Source of the DNA: Mobula hypostoma
Taxonomy: Eukaryota
Assembly (NCBI RefSeq): GCF_963921235.1
Contig: NC_086108.1
Span: forward strand, 112,532,001 to 112,596,000
Length of the DNA: 64,000 nt
Reading direction: 5' to 3'
Both the position numbers and the translations under genes were made by a program. The notes under the pieces are model-generated. The model saw nothing but the letters and a program-made list of their open reading frames with translations, did no database searches and was not told where the DNA came from. Shown here piece by piece: positions 13,301 through 25,879 of the stretch; position 1 is the first letter of the stretch; every line of letters starts with the position of its first letter.

Positions 13301-14101
13301 GAACTCTCTCCGCCTCTCCTTCCAGGAGACCCAGAACGCTCGGAACGAATCCCAGAATCGGCTGTCCTCCAGCAGCCGGCTGTTAAAATGCCAATACCCG
13401 GATCCCACCCGAGGGTGCAGAGGAATAAATTCCATCCACACAAGGTGATGATCCGAGCACGACACTGGCCGCATGGAGGATGCCGACACACGGGAGGCGT
13501 AGGCCCGAGAGATGTAAATGCGGTCTATCCTGGAACCTCCTTCTCTAGACCTTCTCGAGAAGGCGCTAGAGTCGGGGTGAAGATTCCGCCAGCTGTCCAC
13601 CAAGTCAAAGGAGCCGACTAGCTCCTTTAACCTTTTTGCTGATTCTGGGTCGCGTTGGAGGCCCGAACGGTCCTCCGCCTCGAGGGTACAATTGAAATCT
13701 CCCCCGAGGATGACGCGGTCCCCAGGATCGATGGAGCTCAGCAGGGTGGACAGCTGGCAGAATAGGCGCGTCTGCATCACACCGAGCCTGGGAGCATACA
13801 CATTGATAAAATGCAACGGTACGCCATCCAGGCGCACAACCAGGTGGAGCAGACGGCCGGGCACAACGTCCTGGACTCTTTCAATTACTGGCTGGAAGGT
13901 CGGGGCCAACAGGATCGCCACCCCGCTAGAAATGGAGCTGAGGTGGCTCATGTAAACCCCGCCCTGCCACTCCAGGAGCCAAGCAGACTCATCCCCAGGG
14001 ATGGTATGGGTTTCCTGCAGGAAATTCACCGTATACCGCCCATCCCTGAGGACTGAGAGATTGTTATGCCTGCGAAGAGGACCCCTGCTGCCGTTTACAT
14101 T
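10362..14101 (-). mobile_element. 5'-truncated Tx1-clade non-LTR retrotransposon inserted in the minisatellite
   Basis: ORF2 with endonuclease, RT and C-terminal zinc-binding domains; AATAAA (10381-10386) and an A8 tail (10362-10369); 12-bp duplication ACCGCGCACCGC at 10350-10361 and 14102-14113. No ORF1. Confidence 0.9.
10463..14101 (-). pseudogene. Tx1 ORF2 (APE endonuclease-RT-zinc finger) with a single in-frame TGA
   Basis: NVNG, FLQETH, GGDFNC, SRIDRIY, SDHHLV, WHFN, KSPGLDGL, NWRPVSLL, LDQEKAFDRV, GVRQGCPMS, AYADD and CHFC..ETVYHMYVEC. The two track ORFs share one frame, separated only by TGA at 11809-11807 (WLAN*KDVETK). Confidence 0.9.
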
Positions 14102-17100
14102 ACCGCGCACCGCAGGACACCTAACCCGCACACCACAGGACACCTAACCCGCACCCCATACACCGCAGGACACCTAACCCGCACCCCGTACACCGCAGGA
14201 CACCTAACCCTTACACCGTACACCGCAGGACACCTAACCCTTACACCGTACACCGCAGGACACCTAACCCACACACCGCAGGACACCTAACCCGCACCCC
14301 GTACACCGCAGGACACCTAACCCGCACCCCGTACACCGCAGGACACCTAACCCGCACACCGCAGGACACCTAACCCGCACCCCGTACACCACAGGACACC
14401 TAACCCGCACCCCGTACACCGGACACCTAACCCACACCCCGTACACCGGACACCTAACCCACACACCGCAGGACACCTAACCCGCACCCCGTACACCGCA
14501 GGACACCTAACCCACACACCGCAGGACACCTAACCCGCACCCCGTACACCGCAGGACACCTAACCCACACACCGCAGGACACCTAACCCGCACCCTGTAC
14601 ACTGCAGGACACCTAACCCGTACCCAGTAAACCGCAGGACACCTAACCCGTGCACCCTGTACACTGCAGGACACCTAACCCGTACACCGTGCACCGCAGG
14701 ACACCTAACCCACACCCCGTACACCGCAGGACACCTAACCCACACACCACGCACCGCAGGACACCTAACCCGCACCCCGTACACCGGACACCTAACCCGC
14801 ACCCCGTACACCGGACACCTAACCCGCACCCCGCACACCGCAGGACACCTAACCTGCACACTGCAGGACACCTAACCCTTACACCGTACGACACCTAACC
14901 CGCACCCCGTACACTGCAAGACACCTAACCCGCACCCCGCACACCGCAGGACACCTAACCCGCACACCGCACACCGCAGGACACCTAACCCTTACACCGT
15001 ACGACACCTAACCCGCACCCCGTACACTGCAAGACACCTAACCCGCACCCCGCACACCGCAGGACACCTAACCCGCACACCGCACACCGCAGGACACCTA
15101 ACCCTTACACCGTACGACACCTAACCCGCACCCCGTACACTGCAGGACACCTAACCCGGACACCGCACACCGCAGGACACCTAACCCGCACACCGCACAC
15201 CGCAGGACACCTAACCCTTACACTGTACGACACCTAACCCGCACCCCGTACACTGCAGGACACCTAACCCTTACACTGTACGACACCTAACCCGCACCCT
15301 GTACACCGCAGGACACCTAACCCGTACCCAGTAAACCGCAGGACACCTAACCCGTGCACCCTGTACACTGCAGGACACCTAACCCGGACACCGTACACTG
15401 CAAGACACCTATCCCGCACCCCGTACACCGCAGGACACCTAACCCGCACCCCGTGCACCGGACACCGTGCACCGCAGGACACCTAACCCGCACACCGCGC
15501 ACCGCAGGACACCTAACCCGCACCCCGTACACCGCAGGACACCTAACCCGCACCCCGTGCACCGGACACCGTGCACCGCAGGACACCTAACCCGCACACC
15601 GCGCACCGCAGGACACCTAACCCGCACCCCGTGCACCGCAGGACACCTAACCCTTACACCGCAAGACACCTAACCCGTACACCGCAAGACACCTAACCCA
15701 CACACCGTACACTGCAGGACACCTAACCCGCACACCGCAGGACACCTAACCCTTACACTGTACGACACCTAACCCGCACCCCATACACCGCAGGACACCA
15801 AACCCGCACACCGTACACCGCAGGACACCAAACCCGCACCCCATACACTGCAGGACACCTAACCCGCACCCCGTACACCGCAGGACACCTAACCCGCACC
15901 CCGTACACCGCAGGACACCTACCTCGCACACCGTACACCGCAGGACACCTAACCCTTACACCGTACGACACCTAACCCGCACACTGTACACCGCACACCT
16001 AACCCGCACACCGCAGGACACCAAACCCGCACCCCATACACTGCAGGACACCTAACCCGCACCCCGTACACCGCAGGACACCTAACCCGCACACCGCACC
16101 CCGTACACCGGACACCTAACCCGCACCCCGTACACCGGACACCTAACCCGCACACCGTGCACCACAGGACACCTAACCCGCACCCCGTACACCGGACACC
16201 TAACCCACACACCACAGGACACCTAACCCACACCCACACACCGCAGGACACCTAACCCACACACCGCACACCGCAGGACACCTAACCCTTACACCGTACG
16301 ACACCTAACCCGCACACTGTACACCGCACACCTAACCCGCACACCGTACACCGCAGGACACCTAACCCTTACACCGTACGACACCTAACCCGCACACTGT
16401 ACACCGCACACCTAACCCGCACACCGTACACCGCAGGACACCTAACCCTTACACCGTACGACACCTAACCCGCACCCTGTACACTGCAGGACACCTAACC
16501 CGTACCCAGTAAACCGCAGGACACCTAACCCGTGCACCCTGTACACTGCAGGACACCTAACCCGGACACCGTACACCGCACACCTAACCCGCACACCGCG
16601 CACCACAGGACACCTATCCCGCACACCGTACACCGCAGGACACCTAACCCTTACACCGTACGACACCTAACCCACACCCCGTACACTGCAGGACACCTAA
16701 CCCGGACACTGCAGGACACCTAACCCGCACCCCGTACACCGCACACCACCTAACCCTTACACTGTACGACACCTAACCCGCACACCGCGCACCGGACACC
16801 TAACCCGCACACCGTGCACCACAGGACACCTAACCCACACACCGCACACCGCAGGACACCTAACCCACACACCGCACACCGCAGGACACCTAACCTTTAC
16901 ACCGTACGACACCTAACCCGCACCCCGTACACTGCAGGACACCTAACCCGCACCCCGTACACCGGACACCTAACCCGTGCACCCTGTACACTGCAGGACA
17001 TCTAACCCGCACACCGCGCACCGCAGGACACCTAACCCTTACACTGTACGACACCTAACCCGTGCACCCTGTACACTGCAGGATACCTAACCTTTACACC

Positions 17101-17635
17101 GTACGACACCTAACCCGCACCCCGTACACCGCAGGACACCTAACCTTTACACTGTACGACACCTAACCCGCACACCGTACGACACCTATCCCGCACACCG
17201 TACACCGCAGGACACCTAACCCGCACACCGTACACCGCAGGACACCTAACCCTTACACTGTACGACACCTAACCCTTACACTGTACGACACCTAACCCGC
17301 ACACCGCGCACCACAGGACACCTAACCCGCACACCGCGCACCACAGGACACCTAACCCGCACACCGCGCACCGCAGGACACCTAACCCGCACCCGCACAC
17401 CGCAGGACACCTAACCCTTACACCGTACGACACCTAACCCGCACCCCGTACACCGCAGGACACCTAACCCTTACACTGTACGACACCTAACCCGCACACC
17501 GTACGACACCTATCCCGCACACCGTACACCGCAGGACACCTAACCCGCACACCGTACACCGCAGGACACCTAACCCTTACACTGTACGACACCTAACCCG
17601 CACCCCATACACTGCAGGACACCTAACCCAGACAC
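14102..17635. repeat. Minisatellite, right block (same family; more diverged variants including CCTAACCCTTA)
   Basis: Directly visible; it ends where the SINE sequence resumes (GACACCTTTGGAATGTGGGAGGAAACC). Confidence 0.97.
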
Positions 17636-18002
17636 CTTTGGAATGTGGGAGGAAACCAGACCACCCGGAGGAAACCCACGCAGACACGGGAAGCGTGAAC
17701 AACTCATTCCAGGCAGCGGCAGGAACTGAACCCATGCCGCTGGCTCTGTCAAGTGTTGTGCTAACCGCTACGATCTCATGCCTCTCTAATCGAATGCTAT
17801 CACAATATTCTTGTTTTGCACTATTATCTATTCCTTTATGTAACCTTCAGTGATATTTTATATATTCCATTGCACTGTTGCCACAAAACAACAATTTTTA
17901 CAACATACATCAGTGATAATTAACCAGACTCTCATCTTTTAGTCCTGATGAAAGATTTCGACCAGAAATGTCAACTGTCCATCTCCCTCAACAAAAGGAA
18001 GT

Positions 18003-18280
18003 TTATTTGTTTATTGAGATACACCACAGAACAGGCCCTTCTGGCCTGTCGAGTCGGGTCACCCAGCTACCCCCAATTTAACCCCAGCCTGACCACAGGA
18101 CAATTTCCAATGACCAATGAATCTACCGACCGGTCTGTCTTTGGACTGTGGGCAGAAACTGGTGTACCCGGGTAAAACCCACACATTCCACAGGGAGAAT
18201 GTACAGATTTCTTACAGATGATATCAGAATCGAACCCTGAACTCCGGTGCCCCGGGCTGTAATAGCATTACGCTAACCCA
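18003..18280 (-). mobile_element. tRNA-derived V-SINE with a CR1-like tail (related copy at ~57500-57770)
   Basis: V-domain-like TTTGGACTGTGGGCAGAAACTGG..CCCGGGTAAAACCCAC on +, with tRNA-like boxes at the right end. Confidence 0.6.
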
Positions 18281-18599
18281 TTAACAGTGTCGCAGTTTAG
18301 GTTCTAAACTATGAAGGGCATCAATAGTTACCGAGAGAAGGCAGGAGAATGTGGTTGAGAGGGATAATAAATGAGATATGATGGAATGGTGGAGCAGACT
18401 CGATGGGCTGAATGGCCTAATTTGGCTCCTATCTCCCTCCACGCAGTTGATGAGTCCCGCTGAGTTGCTGCAGCAGCTTGCTGACATTGAAACCAATACG
18501 GCCTTTCCAACTAACTGGAACTGAAATTCCACATCACCAGGTTCAGGAACAGCTATCTTCCTTCATCGTCCAGTTCTGAGCACTTAGATGATACAGTTT

Positions 18600-18865
18600 T
18601 AAAGATTAGCTTAATCTGTCATATGTACAGTAAAATGCATCGTTCGCGTTAACGAATAAGACAGGTTGTGCTGGGGGCAAGCGTTGCTGTGCCTCTGGTG
18701 CCAATTCACTCAGCCTAACCCGGACACCTTTGGACTGTGGGAGGAAACCAGAGGACCTGGAGGAAACCCACATGGTCACAGGGAGAGCCTGCAAACTCCT
18801 CACAGACAGCAGCAGAATGGAAGTGGGTCACTGACGCTGTAATAGCATTATCCTAACCGCTATGC
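18600..18865 (-). mobile_element. V-SINE copy containing a single CCTAACCCGGACACC seed
   Basis: CAGCCTAACCCGGACACCTTTGGACTGTGGGAGGAAACC at ~18711-18750. Confidence 0.7.
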
Positions 18866-18937
18866 CGCTGTGTTGCCAAAAACTTCAGTGCACTCTGCAC
18901 TGAAATAGATTTTTTTTAAAATTCTAATTGTGTTCTC

Positions 18938-19290
18938 TGTGGTGGCGGGGTGGAGATACACCTCCTTCCCTCTGCTGGCCTGCAGGTCACCCTTGGACAA
19001 GGTGTGGCATCTGCTTAGCTCACCCCCCCACCCCCTGCCAACCAGGGTCACGTGAAACCATGGGAGCCGGTGCTGGATGGGCGTACGAGCAGCTGGTGCA
19101 TATCTCAAGTGCTGGTTCTGCGACCACTCACGCCAGGCAGACGATCTCTGAAGGGTATTGTTAATGGCTGGGGTCACCCGTCTTGTAAAGACACTGCCAC
19201 TTCTGTAGGAAAATTTGCCAAGAACAATCACGGTCATGGAAAGACCAAGATCGCCCACGTCATACAACATGGCACATAACGATGAAGATG
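18938..19290 (+). mobile_element. RTE-tailed non-autonomous retroelement
   Basis: Reverse-complement homolog of 405-860 and 36895-37272; ends in a short GATGAA repeat. Confidence 0.55.
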
Positions 19291-19603
19291 AACTGTGTCT
19301 TTCTTGTTAAAATTGTGTTTGTTAGGTATAACTGATGTTTTCCATATGAATGTTGTCTATCTGATGATCTGTGCCTGTGATGTAGGGAGTTTTCCATCGC
19401 ACCTGCGTGTACTTGTGCAGATGACAATGAACTTGACATTGACCAGCAAGGCTGAATGATCCTCATAATGACTATGAACCTATGTCTTTCACTTGCTCCT
19501 TACTCTTGTTCTCAGTATTTTTTACTTATTATTTGTTTTTATATATATATATATCTGCAGTTTAACTTCTTTTGCACATTAGTTGTTTGTCAGTCTTTGT
19601 TTG

Positions 19604-22600
19604 ACCATAAGACATAGGAGCAGGAGAAGGCCATTCAGCCCATCGAGTCTGTTCTGCCATTCCATCATGGCTGAACCCTGATCCCACTCAACCCCTTATA
19701 CCTGCCTTCTTGCCAGATCCTTTGATACCCTGACCGATCAGGAAATGATCAATTTTCCCTTTAAAGATACCCACAGTCTCGGCCTCCACAGCTGTCTGTA
19801 GCAGAACATGCCACAGATTCACTACTCTCTGGCTAAAATTCCCTCCTAAACTGTGTAAAGACCATAAGATATAGGAGCAGAAGTAGGCCATTCGGCCCAT
19901 CGAGTCTGCTCCACCATTCAATCATGAGCTGATACAATTCTTCCAGTCATCCCCACTCCCCTGCCTTCTCCCCATACCCTTTGATGCCCTGGCTAATCAG
20001 GATCCTATCTATCTCTGCCTTCAGTGCTCCCAATGACTTCGCCTCCACAGCCGCTCGTGGCAACAAATTCCACAGATTTACCACCCTCTGACTAAATTAA
20101 TTTCTCCGCATCTCTGTTCTAAATGGACATCCTTCAATCCTGAAATTGTGCCCTCTTGTCCTGGAAATAACTTTACCATATCTAATCTGTTCAGGTCTTT
20201 TACATTTGGAATGTTCCTATGAGATCCCCCTCATTCTCCTGAACTCCAGGGAATACAGCCCAAGAGCTGCCAGACATTCCTCATACGGTAACCCTTTCAT
20301 TCCTGGAATCATTCTCATGAATCTTCTCTGAACCCTCTCCAATGTCAGTATATCCTTTCTAAAATAAGGAACCCAAAACTGCACACAATACTCCGAGTGT
20401 GGTCTCACGAGTGCCTTATAGAACCTCAACATCACATCCCTGCTCTTATATTCTGTACCTCTAGAAATGAATGCCAACATTGCATTCACCCTCTTCACAA
20501 CTGAATCCATCTGGAGGTTAACCTTTAGGGTATCCTTCACAAGGACTCCCAAGTCCCTTTACATCTCTGCATTTTGAATTCTCTCCCCATCTAAATAATA
20601 GTCTGCCCATTTATTTTTTCCACCAAAGAACATGACCATACACTTTCCAACATTGTATTTCATTTGCCACTTCTTTGCCCATTCCCCTAAACTACCCAAG
20701 TCTTTCTGCAGGCTCTCTGCTTCTCAACACTACCCGCTCCTCCATCTATCTTTGTATCATTGGCAAATTTAGCCACAAATCCATTAATCCCATCGTCTAA
20801 ATCACTGACATACATTGTAAAAAGCAGCACCAACCCCTGTGGAACTCCACTGGTAACCAGCAGCCAGCCAGAATAGGATCCCTTTATTCCCACTCTCTGT
20901 TTTCTGCCGACCAGCCAATGCTCCACCCATGCTAGTAACTTCCCTGTAATTCCATGGGATCTTATCTTGCTAAGCAGCCTCATGTGTGGGACCTTGACAA
21001 AGGCCTTCTGAAAATCCAAGTACACCACATCTACTGCATCTCCTTTCTCTACCCTGCTTGTAATTTCCTCAAAAAATTGCAGTAGGTTAGTCAGGCAGGA
21101 TTTTCCTTTCAGGAAACCATGCTGGCTTTGGCCTATCTTGTCATGTGCCTCCAGGTACACCGTAATCTCATCCCTAACAATTGATTCCAACAACTTCCCA
21201 ACCACTGATGTCAGGCTAACAGGTCTATAGTTTCCTTTCTGATGCCTCCTACCCTTCTGAAATAGTGGAGTAATATTTGCAATTTTACAGTCATCCGGTA
21301 CAATGCCAGAATCTATTGATTCTTGAAAGATCATTGTTAATGCTTCTGCAATCTCTGCAGCTACTTCCTTCAGAACCTGAGGGTGCATTCCATCAGGTCC
21401 AGAAGATTTATCCACCCTCAGACCATTAAACTTCCTGAGCACCTTCTCTGTTGGAATTTTCTCTGTACATTCTGCACTTCCCTGACACTCTTGAATGTTC
21501 AGTATACTGCAGATGTCTTCCACTGTGAAGACTGATGCAAAATACGCATTCAGTTCCTCTGCCATCTCTGCATCTCATTACAATATCTCCAGCATCTTTT
21601 TGTATTGGTCCTATATCTACCCTCAACTCTCTTTTACCCTGTATATACTTAAAAAAGCTTTTAGTATCTTGGCTTTAGTGTTCTAAATGATCCCCCTTAA
21701 TTTTGAAGCTGTGCCCTCCAGCTCCAGATACCCCTCCCCACCCCCCAACCACATGAAGCTTACTTTCCACATCCATCTTATCTCGCCCCTTCAACATTCA
21801 GTAGGTTTCAATGAGATCCCCCCGCATTCCTCTAAATTCCAGTGAGTACAGGACCAAAGTTCCTCTATGTTAACCCCTTCATTCCTGGAATCATCCACCT
21901 GACCGTCCTGTGGACTCTCTCTAATGACAACACATCCTTTCTGAGATGTGGAGCTAAAACTGTTGACAATACTCCAAGTGCAGCCTGACTAGTGTCTTAT
22001 AAAGGCTCAGCATTATCTCCTCGCTTTTATATTCTATTCCCCTTGAAATAAATGCCAACATTACATTTGCCTTCTTTATCACAGATTCAACCTGCAAATT
22101 AGCCTTCTGGGAGTCTTGCACAAGGACTCCTAAGTCCATCCGTACCTCTGATGTTTGAATTTTCTCCCTATCTAGATAATAGTCTGCACTATTGTTTCTT
22201 TTACCAAAATGCATTACCATATATTTCTCAACACTGTACAGTATTCCATCTGCCACTTTTTTGCCCATTTTTCCAATTTGTCTAAGTCCTTCTGCATTCG
22301 CATTACTTCCTCAGCACTACCTACCCCTCCACCTATCTCCGTATCATCTGCAAACTTTGCCACAAAGCCATCAATTCCATTATCCAAATCACTAACAGAC
22401 GATGTGAAAAGTAGCAGTCCCAATACTGACCCCTGAAGAACCCCACCAGTGGCTGGCAGTAAACCAGAAAAAGCCCCCTTTATTCCCACTCGCTGCCTCT
22501 TGCCTGTTACCATTCCATTATCCATGCCAATATCTTTCCCATAACGCCACAGGATTTTATCTTGTTAAGCGGCCTCATGTGTGGCACCTTATCAAATGCC

Positions 22601-23270
22601 TTCTGAAAATCCAAGCAAGTGACATCCACTGCCTCTCCTTTGTCCACCCTGCTTGTTACTTCCTCAAAGAACTCTTAACAGATTTGTCAGACAAGATTTC
22701 CCTTGGCAGAAACCATGCTGACTTTGACTTATTTTATCATTAGTCCCCAAGTACCCCGAAACTTCATCCTTAATCCTTAAGGTATTTAAAATTATCAGGG
22801 GGATAGATAGAGTTGACGTGGATAGGCTTTTTCCATTGAGAGTGGAGGAGATTCAAACAAGAGGACATGAGTTGAGAGTTAAAGGGCAAAAGTTTCGGGG
22901 TAACATGAGGGGGAACTTCTTTACTCAGAGAGTGGTAGCTGTGTGGAACGAGCTTCCAGCAGAAGTGGTTGAGGCAGGTTCGATGTTGTCATTTAAAGTT
23001 AAATTGGGCAGCTCTGTGGACAGGAAAGGAATGGAGGGTTATGGGCTGAGTGCAGGTCGGTGGGACTAGGTGAGACTAAGAGTTTGGCACGGACTAGAAG
23101 GGCCGAGGTGGCCTGTTTCCGTGCTGTAATTGTTATATGGTTATATGTTATATGGTTAATAACAGACTCCAACACTTTCCCAACCACTGAGGTTAGGCTA
23201 ACTGGCTTTTAATTTCCTTTCTTTTGCCTCCTCCCTTCTTAAAGAGTGGAGTGACATTTGCATGGCTGAT
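19604..23270 (-). mobile_element. Cluster of decayed CR1 ORF2 fragments (19604-19850, 19859-21670, ~21680-23270), with a plus-strand CR1 3' end inserted at ~22775-23156
   Basis: Peptides NYRPVSLTSVVGK, YLDFQKAF, GVPQG, KFADDT and TRGH...FFTQRVV, with stops and frameshifts. The inserted piece ends in a (GTTATATG)-like tail. Confidence 0.85.
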
Positions 23271-24047
23271 TCATTTTCCTGCCTCCTCCCCTTAACGTTT
23301 GACACTCTGACTAACCAAGATCCACTTTAAATATATCCAATGAATACCTGTCTGTAGTTTTTCATTGATTCTGCTGTACTTCTCCGTTCCACTTGTAAGA
23401 AAATGATTTTATGGTTTGGATATGGTGACATATACATAATTTGATATAAACTTGGTTTGAACTTTGATATTTTTCCTGTTTTCTTGGCTGGGTAAGTTCT
23501 CCACGCCAACCTGACTTCATAGACCCTCAGCATAACAAGCTGCTCTTGTGGATCTTTTATTCTGTTACTTCACTAATTTTTAACCACCAGAAATGGATTC
23601 CACCCACCCTTTGTACTGTATCACCTTCACCTCCACTTCCTCCCCATCTGTGTCCTGGCTGACTCAACGAGCTCTCTTCTGACTCACAGACTGAGTCCAC
23701 AGAAGAGTACTTTGCTTCGTCGCTGACAGTGCTGCAGAGTGACTGTGGGGTACCTGGGGCCCTGTACCCAAGGAAAACCCAATAAAAGGTTTACCGTACG
23801 AGGAGTGTTTGATGGCTCTGGGCCAGTACTCACAGGGTTTCAAAAAAGAATGAGAGGGGATCTCATTGAAACCAGTCAAATATTGAAAGGCCTAGATAGA
23901 GAGGATGTGGAGACGATGCTTCCAATAGTGGGGCAGTCTAGGACAAGAGGGCGCAGACTCAGAATAGAAAGATGAGGAGGAATTGCTTTACCCAGAGGAT
24001 GGGGTATCTGTGAAATTCATTGCCACGGATGGCTCTGGAGGTCAAGT

Positions 24048-25879
24048 CCTTTTCTTTCTTTTTAAATCTTTTTTTTGAATAAGTATACAAAAGGGTAAGC
24101 CATATAAGCACTAATACACTGTTAGAATATAATAAAATTACAGGAAATATTAATACAGAAAAAAAGTGATACAAACAATGTAATTTAAACATAACATACT
24201 AAGGTAACATAATAGTATACTAATTTTTATATATATATATCAATAGAGAAAAGGAAAAAAAAAACCCAAAAAAACCCACCGTGCAACTAAACTAAAAGCA
24301 AAGCAAAGCAATGGGCTAACTTGGAACCAAATAGAGTTAAAGAACTTAAAATCACGTCCTCAAACCCGACCTCCATTAAAAACAGTAAAAACAAACCAGA
24401 AGGGTATATAAATATGGAGCAAAAAAAAAAGAAAAAAAATTACATTAAATGAAAATATTGAATAAAAGATCTCCAGGTCTGTTCAAATTTAAGTGAGGAA
24501 TCATAAAGATTGCTTCTAATTTTCTCCAAATTCAAGCATAATATCGTCTGAGAAAACCAAAAAAAGGTGGTTGGAGCGTTAAGCTCTTTCCAATGTTGTA
24601 AGATACATCTTTTCGCCATTAAAGTAAGAAATGCAATCATTCTACGGGCTGAAGGGGAAAGATTACTGGAAATTTTAGGTAGTCCAAAGATAGCAGTAAT
24701 AGGGTGAGGAGAGATATCTATATTCAATACCTTGGAGATAATATTAAAAATGTCTCTCCAAAAAGTTTCCAGAGTAGGACAAGACCAAAACATATGAGTT
24801 AAAGAGGCTATCTGCCCCGGACATCTATCACAAAAAGGATTAATATGAGAATAAAAGCGAGCTAATTTATCTTTGGACATATGTGCTCTATGAACAACTT
24901 TAAATTGAATTAGGGAATGTTTAGCACAGATAGAGGAAGTATTGACTAATTGTAAAATCTGCCCCCAGTCATCCACGGAAATAATAGACCCCAATTCCTG
25001 TTCCCAATCTACCCTAATCTTATCAAATGGAGCTTTCCTAAGTTTCATAATAATATTATAAATCATAGCCGATGCACCTTTCTGGCATGGATTAAGGTTA
25101 ATTATAGTATCTAAAATGTATGTAGGAGGGAGCATTGGAAAAGAAAAAAGTATAGTACTTAGGAAATTTCTAACTTGTAGATATCTAAAAAAATGTATTC
25201 TTGATAAATTATATTTATTAGATAATTGTTCAAAAGACATAAGGGAACCATCTAAAAATAAATCCAAAAACCGTGAAATACCCTTAGTCTTCCAAATTTG
25301 AAAAGCACGATCCGTAAAAGAGGGAGGAAAAAATATGTTACCTAAAATAGGAATCGCTAGCCCAAATTGGTTAAGATCGAAAAATTTTCTAAATTGGAAC
25401 CAAATACGTAAAGTATATTTAACTATTGGGTTAGATACCTGTTTAAGGCGTTTCAAATCAAAAGGAAGAGAGGAACCTAAAACAGAGCCAAGTGTATAGC
25501 CCTGAACAGATTGTAATTCCAATGCTACCCATTTAGGAATGGATAGTATATCCTGGTCAAGTAACCAAAATTTCATATGTCGAATATTGATTGCCCAATA
25601 ATAAAATCTAAAGTTAGGTAATGCTAAACCTCCATCTCTCTTAGCTTTCTGTAAATGTATTTTACCCAGTCTCGGGTTTTTATTTTGCCAAATAAATGAA
25701 GAAATTTTTGAGTCAACTTTATCAAAAAAAGATTTTGGAACAAAAATCGGCAATGCCTGCAATATATATAGAAATTTTGGCAGAAAAAACATCTTAACTG
25801 CATTAATATGACCAATCAAAGTTAAATATAAAGGAAACCATTTAGATGAAAGTTGAATAATATGGTCAATTAAGGGTAA
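24048..25879 (-). mobile_element. 5'-truncated L1-clade LINE (ORF2 C-terminal half, 3' UTR, A-rich tail) inside a CR1 fragment
   Basis: AT-rich open frame with GHINAVKMFFLPKFLY, GGLALPNFRFYYWA and CDRC...HMFWSC, stop at 24440. 11-bp TSD GGAGGTCAAGT at 24037-24047 and 25880-25890. Confidence 0.9.

Larger units (their letters stand above)
8950..17775 (-). mobile_element. Single tRNA-derived V-SINE split by an internal minisatellite expansion (halves at ~8950-9100 and ~17630-17775)
   Basis: The right half has A/B-box-like motifs and the V-domain (GGGTTTCCTCCGGGTGGTCTGGTTTCCTCCCACA on -). Joined, the two halves are collinear with intact copies at 18600-18865 and 26330-26622. Confidence 0.75.

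Noticed and set aside
9012..17005. Many Cys/Gly/Val/Arg-rich ORFs (VRVRCPAVYG, TAGHLTRTPY)
   Set aside because: These are translations of the minisatellite, with no independent evidence of coding.
9100..17635. CRISPR-like or true telomeric array
   Set aside because: There are no unique spacers, only shuffled 7-bp modules, and no cas genes; the context is eukaryotic. It is not (TTAGGG)n either: each unit has one CCTAACCC core, and that core traces to a SINE.
18938..18965. U1 snRNA-derived head (TGGCGGGGTGGAGATAC versus U1 TGGCAGGGGAGATACC)
   Set aside because: The similarity is limited to about 15 nt; there is no U1 5' end, stem-loops or Sm site.
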